Of a stretch of DNA of 64,000 bases, positions 1 through 12,110 are shown in pieces. Numbering within the stretch: position 1 is the first letter of the stretch; each line of letters begins with the position of its first letter. The stretch spans positions 81,220,001-81,284,000 of the forward strand of contig NC_043003.1 in assembly GCF_006345805.1 (NCBI RefSeq), given 5' to 3'. This DNA comes from Octopus sinensis. Its lineage: Eukaryota. Under the pieces are notes generated by a model that did not search any database, had not been told where the DNA came from, and saw only the letters and a list, made by a program, of their open reading frames with translations. Both the position numbers and the translations under genes were made by a program.

Positions 1-100
1 TAATGGACAGCAACACCGTCAAATAAATTATTCTTGCTTACATCTTCGTTGTATTAATTAAAGAAGTAATACATACATAATACATACATATATACATACT

Positions 101-421
101 CGCATAGCAAGTTATTTGATCTGAGATCGTGTGCTGAAACGAAAACAATTGCAGCGTGGAAGGTGTTTGTAAGCCATTTAAGAAACACACAAAAGCCGTT
201 CGATTCACTTCAACATTTAAGTTTAATTTGTCAAAATATTTTCGTCGCTAAAATCCGCGACCTGTTCACTGACAAAAGATACAGCACGGATTTTTGTCAG
301 TGAACAGGTCGCGGATTTTAGCGACGAAAATATTTTGACAAATTAAACTTAAATGTTGAAGTGAATCGAACGGCTTTTGTGTGTTTCTTAAATGGCTTAG
401 AAAAACCTTCCACGCTGCAAT

Positions 422-424
<3 letters not shown>
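101..424 (+). mobile_element. Probable Penelope-like/fold-back non-autonomous element (unique head 101-144 plus hairpin), microsatellite-flanked
   Basis: A second copy of the arm occurs at 11674-11807, so the unit is interspersed; the distal arm abuts a (TA)n tract. Family assignment is inference. Confidence 0.5.
145..424. repeat. Long near-perfect inverted repeat (fold-back), 133-bp arms, 14-nt loop
   Basis: Arm 145-277 (acaattgcagcgtggaagg...ctgacaaaa) is the reverse complement of 292-424 with 2 mismatches; loop 278-291 is gatacagcacggat. Confidence 0.97.
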
Positions 425-427
<3 letters not shown>

Positions 428-504
<77 letters not shown>

Positions 505-510
505 TATATA
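428..510. repeat. (TA)n microsatellite
   Basis: Seen directly. Confidence 0.98.
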
Positions 511-793
511 AAAGTCGGAAGACTTTTAAGTGGACACACATTATGCTAGAAGATTATTATATTTTGTATCTTTTCATTTGGTTGCTCGCTTACGTTCTTG
601 AGAACATTCCTTTCTTAGTGGTAAGACCATAGCGGGTCTTCTAGCAAAATGGTTGTCCACACACTGGTCATCTCTCTTATATGTATGTAATATAATTATT
701 TCTAAAACTTCAGATTTTTCAATATGCTCGACCACTGGTTATAAATTGACATTAATCAAAATAATATTCAATTTTTCACCCTTATTATTTGAA

Positions 794-953
<160 letters not shown>

Positions 954-1029
954 TATGTTATATATTATAGAATTATTCATCATATATATGTACATATTAT
1001 TATACTATTTGCACTACATTGCTTACAAC

Positions 1030-1305
1030 ATCGACTGTTTCTGTTACGGAACAGCTTACTCGTGAGATTAACCTGCATGTGGCTGAGCACTCTATAGACA
1101 AGCGTACCCTTTCGCATACTTCTTATGGAAGTTCAGCGTGACACAGAGTGTGACAAGGCTTGCCTCTTGAAATACATGTATTACTCATCTTTGCCAGCTG
1201 AGTGGACTGGAGCAACGTGAAATAAAGCGCCTTGCTGAAAGACACAACACCGCCTAGAATCAAACTCGCGACTCCAGCCGAATAACCACTAAGCTACGCA
1301 CCTTC
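1030..1305 (-). mobile_element. tRNA-derived SINE, family C
   Basis: Reverse complement shares the core tttcacgttgctccagtc.actcagctggcaaa.atgagta with 8625-8876 and 11438-11618; tRNA-like head at the 1305 end. Confidence 0.85.
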
Positions 1306-2546
1306 ATATTGTTCTACATACACATATGTGTTGTAGAATTATACATTAAGGGGCATTTTATATTAGTTTTACCGGATTCTTTGAATCTATATATTGTGAC
1401 TTAAATAAATAAATATATATATATACGAATTTATGCACACGCACATATAAATTATCATTACATTTTCCAAACTAGAGTATTTTGTACACTTAGCTTGATC
1501 TATTTAACTATATGCATCTTGAAAATTAATGTGTAATAAGGAATATGTTACGCTTTAAATGCTCGGGCGTGCAGACACACTCATACCCACGTATAAAAAG
1601 TTATATGGTTCCAGATTTTTTTGTATCCATGGGACAACTCACCGCAACTATGGTTGAGTTCTATTTTGTTGTATTATACAACTGATTCTTGATTCTTGTA
1701 AATTGTCGAACGACACTGATAGATCAACGTCCCACTGTTCATTTGTTCAATTCCTACACATTTATGGAAGCATCTTTAAAATTATAAATCAAGTAGATGA
1801 CCTCTAACGGTCACTAAACTTATCAGAAATAAAGTGTAATATTCTCCCAAATGACACCATTACCATTTTACAGACCAAGTTTCATAAGATGATGTAGCCT
1901 TAGATATATAAAATAGAAATGGTTATCTCTAATCATAAGTATCATTGACTAAAACAGAATTGGGGCGAAACTACAAATTCTTGTCGCATTTGAAGAGCGG
2001 AGCAGCACAGACTATCGAATATTAAACTCTTCTTGTGCTTTTGAATATACACCGAATGGGTTATGGTGTTAAACTAACAGAAATATGGGATGCATGGGAA
2101 AATATTGAAATAGAGATGTGTAGATAAGTAGTAATATATTTTTCAGTATGTATTTATGTATGCACACAAAATCATATGCGTGTCACACTAAATATTTCTG
2201 TCTTGTTACACGCGAATTTCGCTTTCGTTGGATATTTATTCCTCTGAACATGTAACTGCATTTGTAAATATGAAATACAAACATACGCACAGTTACATAG
2301 TCACACGTTCACATATGTACGTACTCACGCACACATATATTTCAATCCATCTCGCTCTCTCTCCCTTTCTCTCTAAACACACACACACGCACGCACACGT
2401 GTGTGTGTGTAGTGCTTTAAATCACTGTGCCTCGATGTAGCCTTAGAATTTTTTTCTGAACAGGAAGTTCATGCGAAACCATCATAAATATATCTACACT
2501 TCAGAATTTCTTAACTCGCACCGTTGCCTTCACATTCGATATAAAC

Positions 2547-2580
<34 letters not shown>

Positions 2581-2584
<4 letters not shown>

Positions 2585-2720
2585 GCATACATACATATAT
2601 ACATAACATACATACATGCATATATATATACACACACGCATACATACATATGTACATAATATACATACATGCATATATATATATACACGCATACATACAT
2701 ATATACATAGCATACATACA

Positions 2721-2745
<25 letters not shown>
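2581..2745. repeat. Minisatellite, about 3 copies of a 52-55 bp unit built from TA/CA/CATA motifs
   Basis: acacgcatacatacatat.tacata..atacatacatgcatatatata recurs near 2581, 2634 and 2686. Confidence 0.85.
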
Positions 2746-2758
<13 letters not shown>

Positions 2759-4230
2759 CATAAATATTCCTATATATACATATATAAACATTTATATATA
2801 TACATACATATATTTACACATATATGTATATATATATATATATATATGTATACACACATATATGTGTGTACATATATAGAAAGAAAGAGAGAGAGAGAGA
2901 GAGAGAGATGATTGCTGTATTCATGATCACTAAGAGTGAAGTAAAAGTAGGGAACAAAGGAGAAAAATAATGACAAATAACTGTCATGGTTCTTTCACTA
3001 TTAAATCTTAATATATTTTCCAATGCATCTGTATAATAGCTTACCACAAATAGCTCTCTATATTTCGAGGTGCTCTTTCTATTATTTCCTATATAGAATT
3101 ATTTATTTCCAATTCTCACCTCTTCTTATTCAATATTCTTACGCTTATTTTCCGTACCATTTCAGTCCCCATTCCTCCTGAACATAATACGGTATTTGCC
3201 CGGCTCTCAAACTCTATTAATACACTCTGTGTGTTACGGTATACAATTCTTTCTCTTCTCTGTCTGTCTCCTTCTTCTTTCACATTCCTTAACACTCTCA
3301 AATTCGTCCCCACTCCCACTGACACCCAACAAGTTATATGTGTCTTTCTACTTCCTTCTGTCTCTTTCTCTCTATCTCGCATTCTCTCCAATCCCTGACC
3401 ACCCATACCCTGCTATTATGAAATATCTTCCGTTTAACTTTGATTATATTTCCAAATTTTCTTCATGAAGATAAAGCTTTTGTTTGGGAAAGTCATTGGC
3501 CTAGCATTACCAGTACTGTTTGGCGTGCGTAAAAGCCATCTGAAAATTTTCTAGTTCGTGTCCTCTCCCCCTCATTGAATGGTAGCTGTGTTTAGGAATA
3601 CGCACGTCTAACTTATTGCATTGCATAATGAATTATAATCTTATACTTCACCTCACAGTTATTTCGATGGAAAATTAATTTAATTAAAATTGATATGTTA
3701 AAACTAGCTTGCATTATATAACCATATACAGTAATAAACACATACACATAGAAACACACGTAAGCCGACAGAAATAGACCCACACACATACACATGCATA
3801 CAAACACATTTATATATGAAACCAGTTTTGTTTTTTAGCCTCGGGGCTTAACGTATCGATATCTTTTACATATTTTTAAATATTTTTCACCTTATTAAAT
3901 GACGTTTTAATGATTTAAATATAAATTATCGTAAGAAACCTTTTTACAAAAGAATTATTTTGAAAATTAAAACTATTGATATTTTTGCTTCTCATTTTGA
4001 TGTTTGATTTACAAACAGATTTACAATATTAAAAAAAATAGCAAACAATTGGTGCGTATTTCTACAAATGGGAACAAGTAAAATACAAAAATTTCTGGCT
4101 GAGGTGACTAGATTTGAGTGAAAATAGGAAATGTGTGTGTGTATGAGTATGTGAGTTTGTGTGCGTATGTACACATATACACACACAAATATACACACAC
4201 ACAAATACACACATACACACATTATATTAA

Positions 4231-4411
4231 ATTTTGGGGGTGAGGTTTAGACAGTTACATCGATCCTAGCGTTTAAATTGTACTAGTTTTGTCGACCCCG
4301 AAAACACGAAAGGTAAAGTATATTGCGGTGGTATTTGAACTCAGAATGTAAAGATGGATGAAATGCTGCGAAGAATTTTCTTGGGTCTGTTGACGATTTT
4401 GCTAGGTCGTT
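4231..4411 (-). mobile_element. SINE family A, degraded
   Basis: gtcgaccccgaaaa..gaaaggtaaagt...tttgaactcagaa matches the reverse complement of the 39384-39605 copy. Confidence 0.85.
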
Positions 4412-5026
4412 TTATGTATATGCATTTGTATATAGATATAGAAATGAATATGCATATATCATCGATGAGACATATGTCGTTATGTAACATGAACTAAAAC
4501 ATCGCATGGCCTGTCTCAGTACATGTATTTTCGTCAGCCTTAATTACTACGTTATTACACAACTGCGAGATTAAATTTTACAAGATGTACAGTTAAGTGT
4601 AGTTAATTATGGTTTCTTGTCAACAAAGCCAGTGACAGAATTATGGTTAACCGATATTAGTAGAATTGAAGAGACGCAATAGTAAAAATACACACATAAT
4701 TATATATTCAACATTCAAATACATATTATATATGCTATTATGTCTTAAAGGTGTCTCTATGCTGGGATTCAATTCTTGCTGAAATCACACAATCATATTA
4801 TGGAAAAAAAAACGAAATTAAGATTATGCATGTCATAGACATACAGAAGCAACGCATGTTGTATGTTGGAAGCCTCTATCATAGGTGTGGAGCATCACTG
4901 ACGATTTACGAGTAAAACATCAACAACAGAGTTTCGAGATATATATATACATATATATACATATATATATATGCATATACATACATACGTGAATCCCCAC
5001 GTTCGAAAAGCGGAGTAGATAAAACT

Positions 5027-5076
5027 GGGGACAACTGATGAAGAGATTGTTCTTTATGTTGCATGTCTTGTTTCTC
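5027..5076 (+). ncRNA. Hammerhead-ribozyme-like relic (type I core 1 plus stem I, GAAA missing)
   Basis: GGGGACAA-CTGATGA-AGAG attgtt CTTT ... GTC-TTGTTTCT: intact CUGAUGA, short stem II, GUC triplet and stem I complementarity, but no GAAA core. Confidence 0.3.
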
Positions 5077-5255
5077 TATTTGTTTCTGTCGTTGTTCGAA
5101 AACAGGTTGTTTCCCATATTTCTTTAATGTTTCCGTTTTTCATTTTGTTCACGTTTATTTTCATGTCCTGTACTTAGATATGCATGTATATCTATATCTA
5201 TATATATATATATATACAATCAAAATAAGCAACAAGAATGACTCCGGTAATTTGG

Positions 5256-5308
5256 TACGATCGTTTCGTACTACAACATTCTATTAAATGTTGTAAGTAT
5301 TACAACAG
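5256..5308 (-). ncRNA. Degenerate minimal type I hammerhead ribozyme motif
   Basis: Minus strand reads CTGTTGTA-ATACTTACAACATT taatag AATGTTGTAGTAC-GAAAC-GATC-GTA: long stem II, intact GAAAC, palindromic stem III (ACGATCGT), GUA site; core 1 and stem I are damaged. Confidence 0.42.
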
Positions 5309-5588
5309 TTTTAAAATGCTGAGCACACATCAGCCATTTATAGAGATTTTCTATTAATACAAAAATTTTCATATCAAGTGGCAACATTATAGAGAAGGTA
5401 GATATATAGACAAAGATGTGGATTTAAATTTTAAGAACTTATGAGGTGATGGATCCCGCCAACTGACTGACTAAGATTCAGATGTTCCAGACTACTGTAA
5501 GGTTCCGAGGGAGAATAAACAATAAAGACAATAAAGATTTTCTATTTATAGAGATATATATTTATATATATGCATATATAGAAAAAAT

Positions 5589-5858
5589 TCATAATTATAA
5601 GCATAATTAGGGTAGGGTTCAGCAAATTGCTTCACCACATACCGAAATTTAGAAATGGCAGTTAAATACTATTCCTCTATCATATGATATCTCCCAAACA
5701 TCAATACACTTAATTCACGTGGCGAAGCAATTTGCTGAATCCTAATTATAATTATGCTTATAATTATGACATTTTTGCATAAGGTTACCGATAAAGGTTC
5801 TTTTAACATACCGAATAACCTGGTAAAATTATCAAGTATTGATTAATTAATTTTACCC
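5589..5858 (-). mobile_element. Fold-back element, same family as 62118-62674
   Basis: Imperfect arms of about 50 bp (5589-5638 and 5719-5769); aaattgcttcaccacataccgaaatttagaaatggcagttaaa aligns to the 62213 arm, and 5796-5858 is the reverse complement of the gggtaaaattaattaat head at 62134-62188. Confidence 0.75.
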
Positions 5859-7295
5859 ATTATTATATATATACACACACACACTCACACATATATATAT
5901 GTGTATGTACGCATATATATGTGTGTGTATGCGTGCGTATATATATATATACACACATACGTATATATATATATATATATGCTTTTTATAGATAAAGATA
6001 GGCTCATAGATGTGGAAATGTATAACTCGTACAAGCACAAATTAATACATATGTATACTTACACCTATAGTGTATAATCAGACACCACACACACACACTT
6101 GCACCTCACACGCGCGCACATATATACAATTATACACATACACAAACATGCACATTCATATGTTTGTGTGTGAGTGAGTGAGTGAGTGAGTGTGTGTATG
6201 TGTGTAGTGTGTGTGCGTGTATGTGTTTGAATATATATGTTTGTGTATGTGTGTATTTGTATTCAATAAATATTTCTTTAAATGAAAGCAACGAATAAAG
6301 ATTTGTCTGAAAACATTTTCTTTGATCATATAGGTATATCAACATAAGTTTGTAACAACATATGTTATAAAGTTATTGGCAAGTGATTAGTTGTTAACAT
6401 CTGTAGCATCATAAAATCAAAGATATAGTTTGATCTTAGCGACAATAAATAACGGATGATTGTCATAAATTTTTCATTTCTTTTATGACGATCTTGGACT
6501 GTCAAAATGTTTATCAGGTCTGTAGTTTTATGGAACACTTCCCAATTTAGAATCAAGTAGTAGGGACCTCCATCCGTGTGTGGGTGAGTTTGTGTGTGAG
6601 TGTGTGTATAGGTGTGCATAAGTGTGTGCGTGTATGTATACAGAATTAGATGAGATTGATTAATAATATAAATAGATGCTCACACACACTTATGTTACAA
6701 ACACATATACACATATATATGCAGTAATATATGATGCCTAGAACCAACTTTTTTGTATATTTCATGCGTATATTGATATATTTCAGTTTAATATGCACAT
6801 GTATAGCCGTGTAGTTAAGATGCCGTTTGGTGAGTAACAGCGATTTTCATCACATTGTGAAACTTAGTTTCCCTGTGTTTCTCCGACCATTAGTCTCTTA
6901 ATTGCGACCGTGTTATCCATTTGGAATAGTGATTACACAGTGTTACTTTCAAACTCCGCTATACAGTAGGTTTTCCATCGTCGTGCCATTTACTAGGAAT
7001 CGAATATGACTCATACGTTTAAGAAGAGAACCTCTTAATTTTATATAGGCATAATTAAAGTTTTACCTGGAGAAACTCTCTTGTTTGCAATATATCCTTC
7101 AAACCGTTTCGTGTGTGTTTATAAGAGTATGTCTATATGACTGTCGGTATGTTTTGGTGTTTTTATGTTTAATGCTGTCACTTCTCTATAACATTTCCAA
7201 AGAATTAAGTTCCCAGTCTAAAACACACACGCACACACACACATATATGCATATATATATATATATATAATATATATATATATATATAATATATA

Positions 7296-7366
<71 letters not shown>

Positions 7367-7454
7367 TACATATAACACCGGAACACAATCGTGTACGTTG
7401 CCACATTACAACACCAACTGGATAGTTCTTTCCTATACTATATGAGCAGAAATA

Positions 7455-7503
<49 letters not shown>

Positions 7504-8624
7504 ATAAATATTATTTAATAAGCACAATATATGTTTTTATGTGGTACTATTAGTTCTATATGCTGAGAAAAAGCCAAGCATTGTTTTATAAGATATCTGG
7601 TGTCCCAGTACAATTATCAGTCACTGCCTACATGGCATAACGAATTAAAAATGGTTCGAGAGAAGAAGAGAGAAAAGACGAGAATGAAGTATATGTGATA
7701 AGTGGAAGGTTGAAAAACCGGAAAACGAAAAATAATGCACAAAGGGAAAAAAAAACAAACGCAAAAAGAGCAAAAAGGGAATAAGAGTTATTTCTCTTAA
7801 ACCATAAATTATAAGGCTGAAAATATAGTGACATAGATCTATTAATAAGGTGGTAGAGGTACTTCCCAATTCTAAACAGGAATTTAGGCATATGGTTAGA
7901 ACCGCCGAAAATTTCAGATCAAGATTTTAGCTGTGATTGAGAGTTCTTAGATTTGAAAAGTATGAGATCTTTCAGTTATACATAGCTTACATTTTGTTGA
8001 TCCGTTAAGATATGGTGTGGATTTTTCGACTATTTTCCACTGTACCGTATGTTATGTTGCATTCGATTTTAAACTCCACATGCATATATACACACACACA
8101 CACTCACATAAGTATACGCTCAATGCATAGGGGTCTTTGTTTGGTCAAAAATAAAGTGAGATCAATTTTGGCCACTGATAACCCTAAATATGAACCCTTA
8201 GCCAGTAGCTACGTTAACACCATGTTCTGTTCATGTAATTTGTTACCCAAAAATATGGACACCCAAAATGCTGGTTCCGTTGTGTAAAACACTAATAATC
8301 TCTTCCTATACTTTCTTGGCTAGCACAGGTGTGGTTTATTGCTCCGTGCTTTCAAAACTTAATTAGCACGTTTTGAAAGGTGTTTTCTTGCCAATAGAGC
8401 TACGGTGGTGTCAATTGTTCCGGTTCTTAACAATATAGCAATATTGTTGAAACTTATCACTCATTCCTCTATTCATTTACTCTATAGGTTTGAGCAGTAA
8501 ACGTGAAATTCTTCTTGTCCTTATTCTTGTTTCATCTCCAGAACAACTGTGATCGAGTAAAACTATGATCGAAGATGCCCCAGCTACTGTCGACAAAATT
8601 AATCTCAGTATTTATTATCCTAGT

Positions 8625-8876
8625 GGAGGCACGTGGATTAGTGGTTAGGGTTTCAGCATCATGATCGTAAGATCGTGGTTTCGATTTTTGGACTGGGCGA
8701 CGCTTTGTGTTCTTGAGCAAAGCACTTCATTTCACGTTGCTCCAGTCTACTCAGCTGGCAAAAATGAGTATCGCTGCGATGTACTGGCGTCATATCCGGC
8801 TGGGGAAGACATACGCCATAGAAACCGGGCCCATGCGCCTTGCTAGGCTTTAAAAGGGCGCATTTATTTATTTATT
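8625..8876 (+). mobile_element. tRNA-derived SINE, family C with (TTTA)n tail
   Basis: A-box-like tggattagtgg, B-box-like gtttcgatt, family C core; candidate TSD tttattatcct / tttattgtcct (8611-8621 / 8871-8881). Confidence 0.88.
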
Positions 8877-9124
8877 GTCCTATCATGTTAAGTGTATGTA
8901 TGACTAAATTAATTAACTTGTATTTCCTTATTTCGGATATTGTATAATGTGAGAATTTGGAGCGACTGCGAAGACGTTTCTCGGTTTGTGAATGATAACT
9001 GGTTATTGATAAATATGTAGTGTTGGTGGAAATTTTAGCGATGTTAAACATTATCTCTTCGCAAATAAGATATAGCTCACATGTATAGGTTGAGAATAGT
9101 TTTGGTCAGTACTTTTGTGGGAAA

Positions 9125-9300
9125 CGTTAAATTGATTACATTGACAAACAATTCTCAACTGATACTCATTTTATTGACGTCCAAACGATACCAACCAAAG
9201 TCGAATCGGAAGGCATTTGAATCAAGGACGTAAAATCACAAGAAATTCCGTCCAGCATTTTGTATGGCACAATAACGAGTCTGCCAACTTGTCGTCTTAC
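9125..9300 (-). mobile_element. SINE family A, old
   Basis: gattacattgac...gatactcattttattgac...caaagtcga...atttgaa pattern of the reverse-complemented family A. Confidence 0.7.
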
Positions 9301-10530
9301 AGGTTGATAATAATACAATTGGGGACTTTTCTAGCATCGTCATACGCACTTCTGCATTTCTTAAAATTACTCCCTGAAACAGCCCTCTAACCTCTAAAAT
9401 ACAATGTTAACATATATCTTTAAAACTATATTACTTAACGTATATCCCCACATAGTCATTTCTATTGCTCCATTACTAAATACAAATATTCTATTAGATT
9501 TTTTTTTATTCCCTGTATCAGTGTTCATTCTTTTTCTTATCTCATTCGTCAAGCTATATTTTTTCTTGAAATGTCAGAGGAAGATCCGAAATAGATTCTA
9601 TAAAAGTAAGTATGAATTAAAAACACTCGTTGCTAAGTTCTGGCCAATTCAATTACTATTCCAGCTGAAAGCAATATGTTATCAAGTGCAGAAAATTACC
9701 TTTTGGGAAGTAGAATTATATTTCTTTTCCTTATTTAGTAATACGATATTATAGATTTAATAAAGTTATGGAACATTAAACAGAAGACATTAACGAATTA
9801 AGCTTTTCCGCTGTCTGTTTGGGTTTCAACAAACGTCAGGGTTGGTTTGCCCTTCACCACGACCTCCTTTTCTTTAAGTCTCTTTCTTTCTTTTACTCTT
9901 TCTCTCCCTCTCAGGAGTCGATAAAATTAATAAATACCAATAATGAATTGAGGTAAATTCAATAGACAATATCTTTGTAATATGATGATTTTTTATTTAC
10001 TTGTAGTTCATTAACATAATGCATGTAATGGAGATGACTGCGACAGTATCAAATCAGAAGAAGAAAGTTATAGTATTTATTTTTGCTGTTCAGCCTTCTA
10101 ACTGTAAATTTGCTCTGGAGTTTCTTTTACATATTCTAATCTATATGTCAAAACATAAGGTACTCAGTTATATTTTGGCGTCGATATAGCTTTACATGTC
10201 AAAAGAGAATCATACAGTATGTTAGCCTTCGGGGTCAACAGGTATTTCATTCAAACAATAAGCTTATGTGCAATGAAATGAGGAAGAACTTCCACTTAAA
10301 TAGTCCGCCTTTATATAATTAATATCTTTGTTTATGGTTTAATAAAGGAAACAAAATATTCAAGATGCTTCTGAACTAGTTTCAATTGAAGTCATATATT
10401 CTAATACGATATTGTCATGGAAACACATTTACAAATATCTATATTAAATATTGGATATTTATGAAATCATAACAAACAATGTAGATGTATTAAACAAAAG
10501 CAAAATGTAACGTGATGTTAATTTCATACG

Positions 10531-10747
10531 TAAGCAACATTTAGCAGAATCGTTAGCACGCCAGGCGAAATGCTTAGCGGCATTTTGTCCGTCATTACGC
10601 TCTGAGTTCATGGTCTGCCGAGGTCAGCTTTGCCTTCCATCTTTTAGGTATAGACAAAATATATACCGAGTGTGCAGTGAGGTTGGTGTAATCGACTTAA
10701 ATCCTCCATCGAAATTACTGGACCTCTGCTAAAATTTGAAACCAGTA
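10531..10747 (+). mobile_element. SINE family A
   Basis: gcagaatcgttagcacgccaggcgaaatgcttagcggc...ctgagttca...gtaatcgactta. Confidence 0.9.
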
Positions 10748-11437
10748 TCATACACAAACATGTATGTATGTGCGCGTGCGCGGACGCTTGCGTGTGTGTA
10801 TAAACCTATCTCTCTCTCTCTCCCCCTCATATATACATACATATAAATATACATATATATGTAACAAACCCATCACAATATAGTATATAGTTAAAATGTC
10901 ATCATGTATACAAAAAGGTGAGATAACCGTGGAAGGAGTACCGTTCTAATATATGTTAATCTCCTCAGTTCGACTTGATGTGAGGAAATAAAAGTATGGC
11001 CACGTGGGGAATTACTTTCCGTGTTATGTCTGCACCATAAAAGCTAGCATTGCGCTAAATACTAACGCGCCATGGAAAATTGCAACTTGTATACTCTCTA
11101 AAATGGTTGCTGATATGAATGTATCCAGATGTTGGAATCAAGACCTGTCTGACATTTTGAACCAGATATAATTCTCCCATCTATCTAGGATGGCTATAAC
11201 TACGATTGAGAATTGTTTTGTACAACAACGATGCATCAACCACATCATAAGGAATGTATACATAAAATAATGTTGACGAGCTGGTAAAGTATACTTCTTT
11301 TCCATTCGATAATTTATCTATCTAATTCTTCGATTTCGTTCAAAAATACAAAACAAATAATATAAAACACAGCAAAGGTCTTAACTGAGCCAAAGTCTCA
11401 TAAAACCGATTTCCTGGATTCCGTAACTTACATATCA

Positions 11438-11618
11438 CCTAGTGGATTACATACGGATTGTTGTTCCGTCGCGGGACTATTCATTTTGCCAGTTGAGTCG
11501 ACGAACGTGAAGTCAAGTCTTTTGGTTACGAAAACAACGCATCACCCAATCCAGGCATCGAAACCACAATCTAACGATCATGAGTGCAACATCTTAGTCA
11601 CTAAGCCAAGCGCCTCTA
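11438..11618 (-). mobile_element. SINE family C, degraded
   Basis: cattttgccagttgagtcgac...aacgtgaa and acgatcatgag...cactaagcca.gcgcctc match the 8625 copy in reverse. Confidence 0.8.
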
Positions 11619-11673
11619 CCTAATACATATTATATATGTGTGTATATGTATATATATGTTTGTGTGTGTGTAT

Positions 11674-11807
11674 AAACAATTGCAGCGTGGAAGGTTTATA
11701 AGACATTTAAAACGCACAAAAACCGTTAGATTCACTTCAACATTTGAATTTAATTTGTCAAAATATTTTCGTTGCTTTGAGAGACCGCGACCTGTTCGCT
11801 GATAAAA
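11674..11807 (+). mobile_element. Solo copy of the 133-bp arm of the 145-424 hairpin
   Basis: aaacaattgcagcgtggaagg...gattcacttcaacattt.aatttaatttgtcaaaatattttcg...ccgcgacctgttc.ctga.aaaa; same start and end as the arm. Confidence 0.92.
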
Positions 11808-11815
11808 TTCCATGC

Positions 11816-12110
11816 TAGGCGCAAGCTCTGTGTCGTTAGAAGTTTGCTTCCCAATCATATGTTTCTGGATTTATTCTCCATGCATGGCACCTTGAGCAAA
11901 TGTCTTTTAGTATAGTTTCCGGCCAGTGCTTTGTGAGTTGATTCAGCACACGGAAAATAAAAGAACACATACACACACTTATGTATATATCTTGTGTCAG
12001 TGTTCGTAACTCACCACTATTTGACAACCGGTGTTGGTGTGTTGACATCCCCGTAACATTAGCTGTTTGGTAAAAGATTCTGATAATATATTATCGGGTT
12101 TTAAAAGATG
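11816..12110 (+). mobile_element. SINE family B, degraded
   Basis: gcttcccaatcatatg...ggcaccttgagcaaatgtctt...tttgacaaccggtgttggtgtg...ccccgtaac matches the 52104 copy. Confidence 0.8.

Noticed and set aside
120-152. ctgagatcgt...acgaaaacaattgca as a hammerhead core
   Set aside because: The core is one base short, and there is no U at the cleavage triplet and no stem I.
145-424. Direct and inverted repeats as CRISPR or prokaryotic elements
   Set aside because: No regularly spaced repeat-spacer array and no cas or other prokaryotic genes; the context is eukaryotic.
1620-2070. Block that looks like a known octopus interspersed repeat
   Set aside because: No second copy, TIR, TSD or ORF in this window to support the call.
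8625-8700. tRNA-like A and B boxes at SINE heads (also 39384, 46865, 52104)
   Set aside because: No complete cloverleaf; each runs into a SINE body, so these are not tRNA genes.
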